Origin: a virus
Reading direction: 5' to 3' (one strand)
Length of the DNA stretch: 64,000 bases
IMG/VR virus record: IMGVR_UViG_3300005253_000017
Span: 39,841 to 103,840 of that record
Of the stretch, positions 1 to 9,897 are shown one piece after another (position 1 is the stretch's first letter; each line of letters starts with the position of its first letter). Both the position numbers and the translations under genes were made by a program. Below the pieces are notes generated by a model that worked only from the letters and a program-made list of their open reading frames with translations, made no database searches and was not told the DNA's origin.

Positions 1-130
1 TGCGATAGTCCCTGTGAGACTTGTATCGCCGGATATGAAGGCCCAGACCCAGAGGGAGACTATGACTGGATGATCTATCTTTCCAAGAAAGCTGCCCATG
101 AGGCAAGGAAGCAACTCTCTGCAAAAGAAA

Positions 131-268
131 ATGAGCAAGATTAGATACCATTTCGTAACTTTCCTGGTCATCGTCGGGTCGCTGCTGCTTGCTCCCCTGT
201 ACTTTCTTTGGTTCTGTGACAAGATAACCGGGGACTTGATTCGTGACCTATGGAAGGGGAAAAGATGA
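131..268 (+). CDS. small membrane protein (45 aa, not in ORF track)
   Basis: ATG131..TGA268, MSKIRYHFVTFLVIVGSLLLAPLYFLWF...; hydrophobic stretch; ATGA overlap with next gene. Confidence 0.5.
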   Translation: MSKIRYHFVTFLVIVGSLLLAPLYFLWFCDKITGDLIRDLWKGKR

Positions 269-1203
269 AAATTCTATTATGGGGCGATGGGCATTTACGG
301 GTTCGGACACCGCAGGGCCGGACCGATGAGAATTTCATGGAAACTTGTCTTGGCAAAGTTCAGCAGATATTGGAAATCTGCATTGTAGAAAAATGCGATG
401 CTATGATACAGACTGGGGACTTCTTTGACTCACCAAACCCTAATGGTGAATTGGTTAGCGAAGTCATCGCACGTCTTCGATGGCAAAAAGAGGAACTTGA
501 AAAATGCCGCTTCTTTGTAATACATGGACAGCATGATTTGTCATATCATACTGAAGCCTCTATGAGACGGTCGATGTTAGCAATTTTGGCTGCTGCTGGA
601 GTAGTTATCCCCCTTCGAGTTGGAAATGGATGGTGGGATAGAGGCGATAAGGAACATTTCTCAGGTTCTTGTTTCGGTCAGGAAATCCTCCCCGTGACAT
701 TGACATCAGGTAATACGTTTGAAGTCCTCGTCGCCCACGTGATGGTCGGCGACCGCCCGTTGTGGCCTGGGCATGACTTGACCGGACCAAAGCAGTTCAT
801 GCGGAAGCATCCTGGATATGACCTCTACGTGCTGGGTGACTATCACTATCCGTTTTCCGTTCAAGTAGGAAATATCTGGGCCATCAACCCCGGAGCCATG
901 CTAAGATTGACTAGAAGCAAGAGGGACCGGGAACACCGGCCGAAGGTTGTCATCTTCGACACCGAGACACGAGAGCCAAGGGATATCTACCTAAATGTAG
1001 AACCGGCAGAAAGTGTGTTTATTGAGAAGGATGAACCAATGGAGCAGGACGAACATAGGTTTGACGAGTTAGTGAGCAAACTCAAGGAAACCGGCGAAAT
1101 CGGCGTATCGTTTGCTGACAACCTCGCCGCCCATTTTGAGGCCGATGACACGCCGAAAGAAATTCGAGAGAAAATCCTGGAACACCTGACGAGCGGGGTA
1201 TAA
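265..1203 (+). CDS. Mre11/SbcD-like metallophosphoesterase nuclease
   Basis: Motifs GDGH, GDFFD, HGQHD, AH, GDYH, INPGA; start placed at ATG265 by ATGA overlap. Confidence 0.9.
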   Translation: MKILLWGDGHLRVRTPQGRTDENFMETCLGKVQQILEICIVEKCDAMIQTGDFFDSPNPNGELVSEVIARLRWQKEELEKCRFFVIHGQHDLSYHTEASMRRSMLAILAAAGVVIPLRVGNGWWDRGDKEHFSGSCFGQEILPVTLTSGNTFEVLVAHVMVGDRPLWPGHDLTGPKQFMRKHPGYDLYVLGDYHYPFSVQVGNIWAINPGAMLRLTRSKRDREHRPKVVIFDTETREPRDIYLNVEPAESVFIEKDEPMEQDEHRFDELVSKLKETGEIGVSFADNLAAHFEADDTPKEIREKILEHLTSGV

Positions 1204-1209
1204 TAGGGT

Positions 1210-1482
1210 ATGAGCGACATAACCAAGAAGACCAAGGAAGCAAAGATAGCCCTCGACAAGGCCAGGACGAAAAGGGCCGAGTTGATAGGCCGTCGAAAGC
1301 AACTGCTGGAGACATTGGGCACCAAGTGGGGCATCGGCACGGTTGAGGAAGCCGAGAAACGGATAGAGACCTTAGAGGTTGATACCGAGGAAAAGGAAGA
1401 GCAACTTCGGGAACGGGTATCTGACCTTGACGATATGATGGCAGAGATGAAAGGAAACGGCAATGGATGCGAATCAAGTTAA
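1210..1482 (+). CDS. coiled-coil protein, possibly part of split Rad50 system
   Basis: Charged helical heptad character; lies between Mre11 and Rad50 C-half. Confidence 0.6.
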   Translation: MSDITKKTKEAKIALDKARTKRAELIGRRKQLLETLGTKWGIGTVEEAEKRIETLEVDTEEKEEQLRERVSDLDDMMAEMKGNGNGCESS

Positions 1483-1870
1483 CGATGTCATTGACAAGCT
1501 CGCAGACAAGATGGGTATGGCGGCAGATAAGGTGCAACCATTGGCCGAACGGGTTGTTTCTGAATTTCAATCTCAGGCAACCGTAACGGCAATATGCTGT
1601 GGAATATTGGTAGTTATTGGTATTGTCTTGCTGCCATTCTTGCTTCGCATGGGAATTCGAGCGACAAAAGAAGAGAGGATTATTAAAAATCCTGGCGGAT
1701 ATTATGAGGGGCGTGGATATCCAGGACGGGCAAGTGCCCGAATGGCTGTAGGATTCGCTTCCAGTATTATAACTACAATTCTTACATTCGTTTGTGCTGT
1801 GGAAACGATTATTCATGTTCGCCATGCTGTTGCCCCCACCTATTATCTCTTACAAGGATTGCTGGGTTGA
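1463..1870 (+). CDS. hypothetical membrane protein
   Basis: Two hydrophobic segments; overlaps neighbours. Confidence 0.6.
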   Translation: MDANQVNDVIDKLADKMGMAADKVQPLAERVVSEFQSQATVTAICCGILVVIGIVLLPFLLRMGIRATKEERIIKNPGGYYEGRGYPGRASARMAVGFASSIITTILTFVCAVETIIHVRHAVAPTYYLLQGLLG

Positions 1871-2490
1871 CTAACCTACAACAACATTCAGAGTTTCTGA
1901 TAAAGACTTTGGCGGAGAGGGACCGGCTCCAACAGGAGCTTGACAAGACCTCCCGTGGGAAGGAGAATGCGCTGTCAGGTGTGCTGTTGAGTGGGAGGGC
2001 CAGGGATATTGTCAATTCTGTTTTAGTTCTGACACAGGAGAAAGTTTGCACTTTTGTAGAGGACGTGGTCTCCCTGGCCCTCTCCGTAGTTTATGGTGAT
2101 GAGTACAAGTTTGAGCTGGAATTCGATGTCAAGCGAAATCAGTCCGAGGCCACGCCGTGGATTCTCAAGGACGGCGATAGATTCTCGCCGAGGGAAGAGG
2201 TGGGCGGCGGAGTGCTGGATGTTACATCGTTATCTCTGAGGTTCGCTTTCTGGTCCCTAATGGTCCCCAAGCCTGCCCCGGTGTTTATACTGGACGAACC
2301 GGGGAGATTTCTGTCGAGGGACAAGCAGGGGCAGTTCGGGAGGATGCTGAAGGAGCTTTCCGAGATGCTGGGCGTCCAGATAATCATGGTAAGTCACAGT
2401 ACGGATATAATAGAACAGGCAGATAAGGCATACGAGGTCGTTCAGGAGAACGGCGTGAGCAAATGCCTACCGATAGGAGAAATGGCATGA
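1867..2490 (+). CDS. Rad50/SbcC-like ABC ATPase, C-terminal half only
   Basis: Signature-like EVGGG, Walker B FILDEP, H-switch VSH; no Walker A; likely TTG start overlapping upstream TGA. Confidence 0.85.
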   Translation: MTNLQQHSEFLIKTLAERDRLQQELDKTSRGKENALSGVLLSGRARDIVNSVLVLTQEKVCTFVEDVVSLALSVVYGDEYKFELEFDVKRNQSEATPWILKDGDRFSPREEVGGGVLDVTSLSLRFAFWSLMVPKPAPVFILDEPGRFLSRDKQGQFGRMLKELSEMLGVQIIMVSHSTDIIEQADKAYEVVQENGVSKCLPIGEMA

Positions 2491-2810
2491 AGGTAAGAAA
2501 GAAAATCAGTAAGAAGGCTTTTATGAAACTGGGGCTTTCATCGGGAGTTAAGGAACTCTTTGAAGAGACATTCAAGGGACAATGGCCAATATCTATCCAA
2601 AGGGCCGTGAAATTTGCCTATGGAACCCTTGGTGATGCTTTCATGGGACTCGAAATAATGAGGTGGGCATTGACGGGGACGCCAGAAGAGGTTCGTTGGC
2701 AATATAGGAATATGGCTATTAAGAATAAACAGAATAATGGTCCCTGTTACTCACGAAACAGAGACATTAGGCGAGCATATAAAAGAAACGATCTAAGGTT
2801 TGCAGGATGA
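2487..2810 (+). CDS. hypothetical protein
   Basis: ATGA-coupled on both sides. Confidence 0.55.
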   Translation: MKVRKKISKKAFMKLGLSSGVKELFEETFKGQWPISIQRAVKFAYGTLGDAFMGLEIMRWALTGTPEEVRWQYRNMAIKNKQNNGPCYSRNRDIRRAYKRNDLRFAG

Positions 2811-3349
2811 GACTCAGACTCAGTATGGACAACTATCTCTGGAAGCTAGCCTTTCAAGTGGCCGAGCGTTCCACATGCGATAGGTTCAAGGCCGGGTGCG
2901 TGGTGGCCAAGGATGGAGTTATCGTAGCGACCGGCTACAATGGGTCGGTGGACGGGGAGCCTCATTGCGATGAGGCGGGACATGAATTGATTCACGTGAT
3001 GAATTTTTCAGCTAATTCAGAAGACAATATCATCACACATGGAGATACTATTGTCGCTCACTGTATTCGCACCATCCATGCCGAAATCAACTGCATCATC
3101 AACGCGGCAAAGGTTGGGCAGTCCCTGGAAGGATGCGATTGGTATCTCAATGGTGTGCCGTGTAAGCCCTGCTCTATGGCGATTGCCAGGCTATATCCAC
3201 ACAGAATCTTTTTTCCCTCTGACATATATCCCGCCGAGGGTATAATAGAGTGGTGGCAGAATCGATTAGGCAGAGGTCCGTTTGTTACACCACGCGAAAT
3301 CATTACAAAACCGTCAAATAGTCTCAAAGAAATAGGAGTCATGGAATGA
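2807..3349 (+). CDS. dCMP deaminase
   Basis: RSTC, TGYNG, HAE, PCKPC zinc-deaminase motifs. Confidence 0.92.
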   Translation: MRLRLSMDNYLWKLAFQVAERSTCDRFKAGCVVAKDGVIVATGYNGSVDGEPHCDEAGHELIHVMNFSANSEDNIITHGDTIVAHCIRTIHAEINCIINAAKVGQSLEGCDWYLNGVPCKPCSMAIARLYPHRIFFPSDIYPAEGIIEWWQNRLGRGPFVTPREIITKPSNSLKEIGVME

Positions 3350-3552
3350 AACACTGGGATAGGTTAGAATTGGCGACGCAGAACAAGGTGTGGGATATTC
3401 TTCGACAAAGCCCAGATGCAAGCGTAGATCGTTTTTCTACTCATAGCTTAGAACATCTTATAGACGACCTGATTGACGTGCTATTTGACGACGACCGTCT
3501 TGTAGAGGAAATGAAACAGTTGTATGAAACCAGGAAAGGAATTCAGATATGA
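3346..3552 (+). CDS. hypothetical protein
   Basis: ATGA coupling. Confidence 0.5.
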   Translation: MKHWDRLELATQNKVWDILRQSPDASVDRFSTHSLEHLIDDLIDVLFDDDRLVEEMKQLYETRKGIQI

Positions 3553-3857
3553 AGAAGGTAACGATGTGCGTAGTATTGATGGCAGTCCTCGTGGGGCTGA
3601 TGGGTTGTGCCAATATCCCGACCGGTGTGAAGTCTGCCCTCTACACGGCGGAAATCACCCTATCGGAGACGGTGAAGGACGCCGAGGCCGGGACGAGGGA
3701 GCCGTGGGCTATCCCCCCAGATTCTACCCCCGAGGAAGTCTTAGGTTCCCGCCTGGAGCAAGTGGAACTGCTGCTTAAGACAATGGAACAGGCGGCCAAG
3801 AACCTCCAGGCGGTCTCGAACTTTTTCCGCACAGGCAAGGAAGCACCAGGAGAATAA
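3549..3857 (+). CDS. putative lipoprotein
   Basis: MKK + hydrophobic core + lipobox LMGC. Confidence 0.7.
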   Translation: MKKVTMCVVLMAVLVGLMGCANIPTGVKSALYTAEITLSETVKDAEAGTREPWAIPPDSTPEEVLGSRLEQVELLLKTMEQAAKNLQAVSNFFRTGKEAPGE

Positions 3858-3858
3858 C

Positions 3859-4176
3859 ATGATCGAGCAAGGAGACTATTTCGTGGTGCAACGCGGATAT
3901 CGGAGTTATATCGATATCGGTGGGTGTTTCGTTTACGACCGTTCTTACATGGGGTGGGTGTTCAAGGTAGTCGTAATCAGCGGAGAGATGGTCGTCTGCG
4001 ATTGCGTCCATGTTTCCAACCCCGAGAGAGACTACCAGCGCAAGCAGATCGGTGAACGGTTCAACCTCAACAAGCGTGAACTTGACCTGCACCGTGTAGG
4101 CCAAGGCTACCTCGACGCGCTGGAGATCAAGCCCACACCGCAGAGGAAGGGCATCAGCGCGTGTAATTATGAATAA
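3859..4176 (+). CDS. hypothetical protein
   Basis: AGGAG RBS, operon packing. Confidence 0.55.
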   Translation: MIEQGDYFVVQRGYRSYIDIGGCFVYDRSYMGWVFKVVVISGEMVVCDCVHVSNPERDYQRKQIGERFNLNKRELDLHRVGQGYLDALEIKPTPQRKGISACNYE

Positions 4177-4624
4177 CATCTTGCTAACCATGATGGTCTC
4201 CTTTTCGGTCGGTGGATGCGGTACGGCGGGCGGTGTTGTATTGAGGAATGTCGGTGACCCCGGCATAACCCTTAATGCCCCTGCTGCCCGTCGTGCCCTA
4301 GACTTACTTCGCCAGCACGAGTCGGTGAATGGAACCCAGATGGTGGGCGATGGCGGACTCGCCCAGGGATGGCTGGGTCAGCATGAGGCCAACTGGAACG
4401 AGGGCTGCGAGTACATTGGCCAAGACTGGCAGTGGCCGGAGGATACGCGAGACCTCTGGAAATGCGAGATGGTGGCAATGGCTTATTGGTGTAAGTATTC
4501 GCTGGAGTACCTCGATAGAACCGAGGAGCTGATACGACGACACAGACTTCCGTTCGCACCCTACCGAATTGACAATGACACCTATTTGAGGAGAGTATTA
4601 TCGTGGCAGAAAATGAAGGACTGA
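4169..4624 (+). CDS. hypothetical exported protein
   Basis: N-terminal hydrophobic segment ending VGGC. Confidence 0.5.
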   Translation: MNNILLTMMVSFSVGGCGTAGGVVLRNVGDPGITLNAPAARRALDLLRQHESVNGTQMVGDGGLAQGWLGQHEANWNEGCEYIGQDWQWPEDTRDLWKCEMVAMAYWCKYSLEYLDRTEELIRRHRLPFAPYRIDNDTYLRRVLSWQKMKD

Positions 4625-4992
4625 CAAGCGACCTGTCGCAAGCAATCGCCACCAAGCTTATCGAGCTGATGCAAGAGATGTTCGATGATGAACAGGAAAT
4701 CTTTGACATCGTGAAACCCATCATTCCCGCCCTTGTGGGATTGGGCATTCAGGAAGGGATTGAGGCTGCGGAAACAGCCCTAGCCGGTCTTGGCGAGGAT
4801 GATACATATCTAGCCTGGAAGACAATCATTCAGGCCAGTAGTCCGGAAGGCCGCATCGACATCATGGAGCGAACCCGGCAGATGGCGATTGAGGATAAGA
4901 TTAAGAAGCTAAAACAGGAGAAGGCAAGATGGGACGTACTCAAACTTTCATTGCGAATAGCTGTCTCTATGTTGGGCTTGCTGTTGCTCTAG
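4603..4992 (+). CDS. hypothetical protein with hydrophobic C-terminus
   Basis: GAGGAG RBS; ends IAVSMLGLLLL. Confidence 0.55.
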   Translation: MAENEGLTSDLSQAIATKLIELMQEMFDDEQEIFDIVKPIIPALVGLGIQEGIEAAETALAGLGEDDTYLAWKTIIQASSPEGRIDIMERTRQMAIEDKIKKLKQEKARWDVLKLSLRIAVSMLGLLLL

Positions 4993-5441
4993 TCGCTCTG
5001 TCCGGCTGTGACGGTGTAGAGAAGGATGCCTTTAAGGCCGATGTCAACGCCGAGATAAAGGCCAAGATTGCCTCACCTGAGTTCCAGGCGGCGTTGGCCA
5101 GGGATATCAAGGGCAAGATTGAGTTTCGGCTTGAGCAGGAACTGAAGCAATCCGTGGGACAGCAGACGGGCGGACTGAACATAGGGATGATAACTTTGGA
5201 CACATCCTGGCTGACTTGGCTGTCGCCGATTCTGTTCGGTCTGTTGGTATTCATCTGGTTGAGGAAGCGGAAGGCTATCAAGACGGTGGATATGCTAGTG
5301 AAGGGCATTGACGACGAAGCAATTGAAAGATTGGAAAGCCCTGCTCCTGCTAGAGAACGATTCCGTTCAATGGCCCTATCGAGAGGACTGGAAAAATTCC
5401 TGAGAAAGAGAATCAAGAAAGTACGAAAGTCCCGTCGTTGA
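4929..5441 (+). CDS. putative lipoprotein with internal TM helix
   Basis: Lipobox LSGC; TM WLTWLSPILFGLLVFIWL followed by RKRK. Confidence 0.6.
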   Translation: MGRTQTFIANSCLYVGLAVALVALSGCDGVEKDAFKADVNAEIKAKIASPEFQAALARDIKGKIEFRLEQELKQSVGQQTGGLNIGMITLDTSWLTWLSPILFGLLVFIWLRKRKAIKTVDMLVKGIDDEAIERLESPAPARERFRSMALSRGLEKFLRKRIKKVRKSRR

Positions 5442-5995
5442 TTACCTCATCGGGTATCCTATTTCCCTTAGAAGGATTCACCGAAGACGACGTGACGCTA
5501 GAGGACATCGCCTACCATCTATCTATGATAAGCAGATGGAACGGGGTAATACAAAAGCCGTTTTCCGTTCTGGAGCATTGTCTATACTGCGAGGAACTGG
5601 TGCGACATAGCTTTTATGGTGCATCCGTTACAACACGACTTTATGCTCTATTACACGATGCACACGAAGCATATACCGGAGATATCCATACCGCCCTCAA
5701 AAAGAAGTGCCCCTATATCGAGGAGTTTCAGCAACGGCTGGATATTGTCATTTACAAGAAATTCGGTATCGAACCCCCCGATAAGCTGATTCTGCCTACA
5801 ATTGAATGGGCGGACCGGAAGGCCAAGCTTGGAGAGGCATATCAATTCTTACCTCGTGGGGCGTACAAGGCAATTTTAGGCGATAAGAAACCCCCGGAAC
5901 TGTTGCCTATCGGGTGCTCATATGGTGACAAACGAGAGAAGGCCCGACAGAGGTATACTAACACATTGAAGGGGTTGCTTGGTGAGATTAAGTGA
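5438..5995 (+). CDS. HD-domain phosphohydrolase (YfbR/YfdR-like nucleotidase)
   Basis: EDIAYHLS..R, SVLEH, LLHDAHEAYTGDI, AD motifs. Confidence 0.88.
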   Translation: MITSSGILFPLEGFTEDDVTLEDIAYHLSMISRWNGVIQKPFSVLEHCLYCEELVRHSFYGASVTTRLYALLHDAHEAYTGDIHTALKKKCPYIEEFQQRLDIVIYKKFGIEPPDKLILPTIEWADRKAKLGEAYQFLPRGAYKAILGDKKPPELLPIGCSYGDKREKARQRYTNTLKGLLGEIK

Positions 5996-7293
5996 ACAAG
6001 AGTCTTCTTCTTCTCTGTCAAGAGGCTAAGGTTGAACCCCTTGGCTTGATGCATCTTGCGGCGGTATCGGAGGACGAGGGCTGGGATACGACAATTAAGC
6101 CAGTAGATTTCAATGAAGGATTTTATAGTGAGGATGTAGCATCTGATATTATAGGATTTTCTCTCTATACTGGAATTCACAAACGGGCATATCAATGGAT
6201 GGGTCGTCTTCGTGAGATTGGCCGAAGAGTTATCGTTGGCGGTCCTCATGCATCCTACTTTCCTAAGGAATGTGCTGAGCACGCCGACGTGGTAGTGGTC
6301 GGAAGGGGACAGGAACCCCTGAGACAAATCCTTAGCGGGAATATGAAGTCAAAGATTATCTGTGGTAACAATACAGAGCCCCTATCAATACCGTCAAGGA
6401 AGGGATTCTACGCCAACTATCCAGATTATAAGGCAAGCCCCATCAAGTCGATGATGGCAAGTCTGGGGTGTCCCTATAAATGTAGCTATTGTTACAATAG
6501 CATGAAGCGGATATTTCCTCACCGGTCCCGCGACGTTGGCGACCTCCTAGTAGAACTGGAACAACTGGAAAATCTGTCTCAGGAAACACAGCTTATCTAC
6601 TTCCAGGATGATGTATTTGGCATGGACCTGACTTGGCTTCAGGAATTTGCCGAGCGATGGTCATTCCCCTATCATGCCCAGACACGTATCGAATTCCTAG
6701 ACCCGCAGAAAGAATCCGCCCGCAAGAGGATAGCGTTATTGAAAAAGTCAGGATGTACCGGATTGACTGTGGCTATAGAGACGGCCAATGAGACAGTGCG
6801 CAAGGATGTTCTCGGTAGGACAATGACTAACGAAGCTTTCTTTCGGGCATTCGATTGGCTATCTATGCGGAACTTCAAGGTAAGAACGGAACAGATGCTG
6901 GGATTGCCGACGCCCGATCCACTGGAGACGGACCTAGATACTCTAAAAATGAACGTGGAACTAAGGAGAGAGACGGGTTTGCCGACAATGGCCTGGGCGT
7001 CGGTTTTCGTTCCCTACAAGGGCACAGAGATATGGCGATACTGTAAGGAGCACGGATACTATAATGGGGAGAACGATGACGCTCCGGCGAGCTTCTTTGA
7101 GAAATCAGTATTGAATTTCTCCGATGACTGCAAGGACCGCATGAAGTGGTTAGCCGATAATTTTCATCTTTTGGCATTGATTCCGAATGGCCACAAGGTA
7201 GCGAGACAAGCGGTGTATAATGATATGAAGGACTTGGCGAGTTTGACCAAGTATCACCTGTATGACTCGGAACTGTATGGAGTGAAGAAATGA
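5992..7293 (+). CDS. cobalamin-binding radical SAM protein
   Basis: PLGLMHLAA, VGGPHAS, GCPYKCSYC, FQDDVF. Confidence 0.9.
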   Translation: MNKSLLLLCQEAKVEPLGLMHLAAVSEDEGWDTTIKPVDFNEGFYSEDVASDIIGFSLYTGIHKRAYQWMGRLREIGRRVIVGGPHASYFPKECAEHADVVVVGRGQEPLRQILSGNMKSKIICGNNTEPLSIPSRKGFYANYPDYKASPIKSMMASLGCPYKCSYCYNSMKRIFPHRSRDVGDLLVELEQLENLSQETQLIYFQDDVFGMDLTWLQEFAERWSFPYHAQTRIEFLDPQKESARKRIALLKKSGCTGLTVAIETANETVRKDVLGRTMTNEAFFRAFDWLSMRNFKVRTEQMLGLPTPDPLETDLDTLKMNVELRRETGLPTMAWASVFVPYKGTEIWRYCKEHGYYNGENDDAPASFFEKSVLNFSDDCKDRMKWLADNFHLLALIPNGHKVARQAVYNDMKDLASLTKYHLYDSELYGVKK

Positions 7294-7574
7294 GCCATGA
7301 TAACCGATTGTGCCCGCGGTGCGAAGCCCTGGCCGTAATGTTCTCGGACCATGAGGTAAATAATACCACTGGTATGGGCCTGAGATGCGCGAACCGATGC
7401 GGTTGGATTTTGACTATGAAGGATGTTCAGAAACGATTAGACGACGCGATAGAATCTCTACGTTGGTTGGTACACTTGCATTCAGGAGTAAGTAAATCCG
7501 GAGGGAAGCCAAACAGCGATGAATGGGCAGAAGCCATTAGTGTAGCGTGTTCGGAATTAAACAGAGCGGAGTGA
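7290..7574 (+). CDS. hypothetical Zn-ribbon protein
   Basis: CPRC...CANRC. Confidence 0.5.
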   Translation: MSHDNRLCPRCEALAVMFSDHEVNNTTGMGLRCANRCGWILTMKDVQKRLDDAIESLRWLVHLHSGVSKSGGKPNSDEWAEAISVACSELNRAE

Positions 7575-7578
7575 AAGA

Positions 7579-8463
7579 ATGACGGAAGACAAAAAGAAAA
7601 CAATGGTAGCCTCGCCGTTCGTCGGCGAACTTGGCTGGGAATTGTTCACGTGGCAGCCGGTGATGAGGAACCATTTCCTCCAGAGTGGCTGTGACCGAAT
7701 GGTAGTCTACACGGACCAGCCGGGTAAGGAGAGCATCTACCAGTTCGCGGATGAGGTTCGGGTGATGGATAACGTGCCCTCCCATGAATCCGAATGCATG
7801 TTATGGCACAACTTCAACGAGGGTTTCAAGCTGGAACTGGATGCCCTGATAAAGGAAACACTAAAGCTGGGCAAGGAGGAATTCGGCGAGGACACGCAGT
7901 TCTTCACCTACGCGATGTTCCAGCCGAAGTTCAACTACGAATTCTATGAAAGAGGAGCCCCAGATTTGCTGAGGGCGGACCCGAATTTTGCCTTCGAGGC
8001 CGTTCGCATAAAGGATGCCCCAGTAATTGCTCTCTGCATCCGAGACCGGCCGATGAGTGACTATCGAAATTGGGAATTCGAGAACTGGTACGAGCTGGCC
8101 GACCTGCTGTTGGCGGACGGATACAATGTTATGGCATTGGGCCGTATACGAGACTTGGCCGAGTGGAATATGCCAGGGGGCGTCATGGACCTTGTAAACA
8201 AGACGAGTATCAACGACGCCATTAACTATATGTCAGGATATTGCGACTTGGCCGTGGGCGGTGGAACCGGTCTCCACCATATCGCCTCCCGCTGCGGCAA
8301 GGACCACATGGCCTGGGGAACCGAAAGGACCCAGCTGAGGCTCTGCGAGACTAACTGGTTTGGGGCCAAACAGCACTGCTATGTCTGGGGATGGGACCCT
8401 GATGTGGACCAGGTGTACGAATACGTTTCCCACTTCCTGACCCAAGGAGAATTCAAGCCATGA
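7579..8463 (+). CDS. glycosyltransferase, GT9/heptosyltransferase-like
   Basis: RNWEFENWYEL, DLVNKTSI, VGGGTGLHHIA resemble GT9 C-domain. Confidence 0.7.
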   Translation: MTEDKKKTMVASPFVGELGWELFTWQPVMRNHFLQSGCDRMVVYTDQPGKESIYQFADEVRVMDNVPSHESECMLWHNFNEGFKLELDALIKETLKLGKEEFGEDTQFFTYAMFQPKFNYEFYERGAPDLLRADPNFAFEAVRIKDAPVIALCIRDRPMSDYRNWEFENWYELADLLLADGYNVMALGRIRDLAEWNMPGGVMDLVNKTSINDAINYMSGYCDLAVGGGTGLHHIASRCGKDHMAWGTERTQLRLCETNWFGAKQHCYVWGWDPDVDQVYEYVSHFLTQGEFKP

Positions 8464-9203
8464 CAGACAGACCGCAGGTAATGCTGACATTTGACGACGG
8501 AACGGCGGACCATTTCGACGTTGCTCACCTCCTAAACGACTATGGATTAAAGGGTACATTCGGAATTGTTACGGATAAGATAGGCGCTGTTGGGTTCCTA
8601 CTGAGAGAGACCGTATCCCAAGACATGAAGGATATGGGTCACTGCATTTGTAACCATTCTAACACACACTCATGGTCTGGTAACGGTCAACCAAAGCCCG
8701 GCGTGCCCGTCCTTGACAAAGACGGACTGACTGCCGACTACCTGGAGGCCAAGAAGATGCTCAATGATGTGGGTCTCCACGGCGACATCCTGATGCTGCC
8801 TTTCGGTTCTACCAATGTAACCGGACCCGATCACCTCCAGGAACTGAAAGAGGAATTCCGCTGGATACGGATGACGATAGGGACGCCGGTGCCGGAGAAC
8901 CTTGGATGGTGGGCAATGACAGGCGGCAAGAGACTGTATCCAAGTGGATATAATGATCCAGTGATAGGTATTACAGCTGCAGCTGATGTCCGGCATCCCA
9001 ACGCCGTCAGGGAGGCCGTGGACAACGCCATAGCCTGCGGGTCGCTGGCCGTGCTGGTCTACCATAGGGTATGCCACGTGGTGGGCGATACGATGGACGT
9101 GACCTGGAAACGCTTCCAGCAAGACATAGACTACATCGCGGATAGGGCAGGGGCTGGCGAGATTGATTGCGTAACGCCATTGGATTTGGTGGGAGAAAAG
9201 TAA
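8460..9203 (+). CDS. polysaccharide deacetylase (NodB/CE4)
   Basis: LTFDDG, NHSNTH, LPFG, LVYH. Confidence 0.88.
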   Translation: MTDRPQVMLTFDDGTADHFDVAHLLNDYGLKGTFGIVTDKIGAVGFLLRETVSQDMKDMGHCICNHSNTHSWSGNGQPKPGVPVLDKDGLTADYLEAKKMLNDVGLHGDILMLPFGSTNVTGPDHLQELKEEFRWIRMTIGTPVPENLGWWAMTGGKRLYPSGYNDPVIGITAAADVRHPNAVREAVDNAIACGSLAVLVYHRVCHVVGDTMDVTWKRFQQDIDYIADRAGAGEIDCVTPLDLVGEK

Positions 9204-9400
9204 TGGACTTATGCTCAAAATACATGAGAGACCCATCTGAAAAACCGGAATGGGAATACAGTGTACCTTGCTCAATATGTGGGGTTGATATCATAACGGG
9301 CTGTAATATAATCGACCCATCCCCAGATGCATGTCCCAACTGTTTCTATGAGGGAAAGCTTTGGGCTGCCCAGCAAGCATTCAAGAGCAAACAAAAATGA
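9203..9400 (+). CDS. hypothetical Zn-finger protein
   Basis: CSIC...CPNC; TAATG coupling. Confidence 0.5.
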   Translation: MDLCSKYMRDPSEKPEWEYSVPCSICGVDIITGCNIIDPSPDACPNCFYEGKLWAAQQAFKSKQK

Positions 9401-9782
9401 ATCCGGGAGAGAAGTGATGAGAACGTACAACGCAATGAAAGCGGCTAAAAATTTGCTGTCACGAGCAACTTGGCGACGCGCTTATGTTTATGAGGAAGAT
9501 ACAGCCAAAGCGGAAGAGAGCATTGCCAAGGTGCTAAGGAAGGCTTACAAGGCCGGGCGAAGGGATGAACAGGCAGATAACATGTTTCAATTTTCCCCAC
9601 TCTTACAAGTTACTGATGAAGACGGAAGGCATTGGTTCGACGGTCCCGAACTGGGTAATTGTGAACTCTGTGGTTTATCCGGGCATGGAGGCGAGCATTT
9701 TATCAACGGTGGAGTAGTTTGCGACAACCCAGATGGTCCGTGTGCATGTGGTGCTTGGCATCATAATGGAAAACCTCATTAA
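9327..9782 (+). CDS. hypothetical Cys/His-rich protein (true start probably ~9417)
   Basis: C-terminal CELC...GPCACGAWH. Confidence 0.5.
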   Translation: MHVPTVSMRESFGLPSKHSRANKNESGREVMRTYNAMKAAKNLLSRATWRRAYVYEEDTAKAEESIAKVLRKAYKAGRRDEQADNMFQFSPLLQVTDEDGRHWFDGPELGNCELCGLSGHGGEHFINGGVVCDNPDGPCACGAWHHNGKPH

Positions 9783-9800
9783 CAAAAGAGACAAAGATCA

Positions 9801-9896
9801 ATGAGCCATAGAAATAAACACAGCAAGGGCAGGCGACGGCGAAAAGTAGGCTCCACAAAGCGCCGGAACCGCCGAAAGCAGAGGAAGGACAAGTAA
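9801..9896 (+). CDS. 31-aa very basic peptide (not in ORF track)
   Basis: MSHRNKHSKGRRRRKVGSTKRRNRRKQRKDK; fills the gap between neighbours. Confidence 0.6.
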   Translation: MSHRNKHSKGRRRRKVGSTKRRNRRKQRKDK

Positions 9897-9897
9897 C

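Noticed and set aside
5438-5995. DatZ of a Z-genome (2-aminoadenine) pathway
   Set aside because: HD fold fits, but no PurZ or MazZ is in the window, so only a generic nucleotidase call is supported
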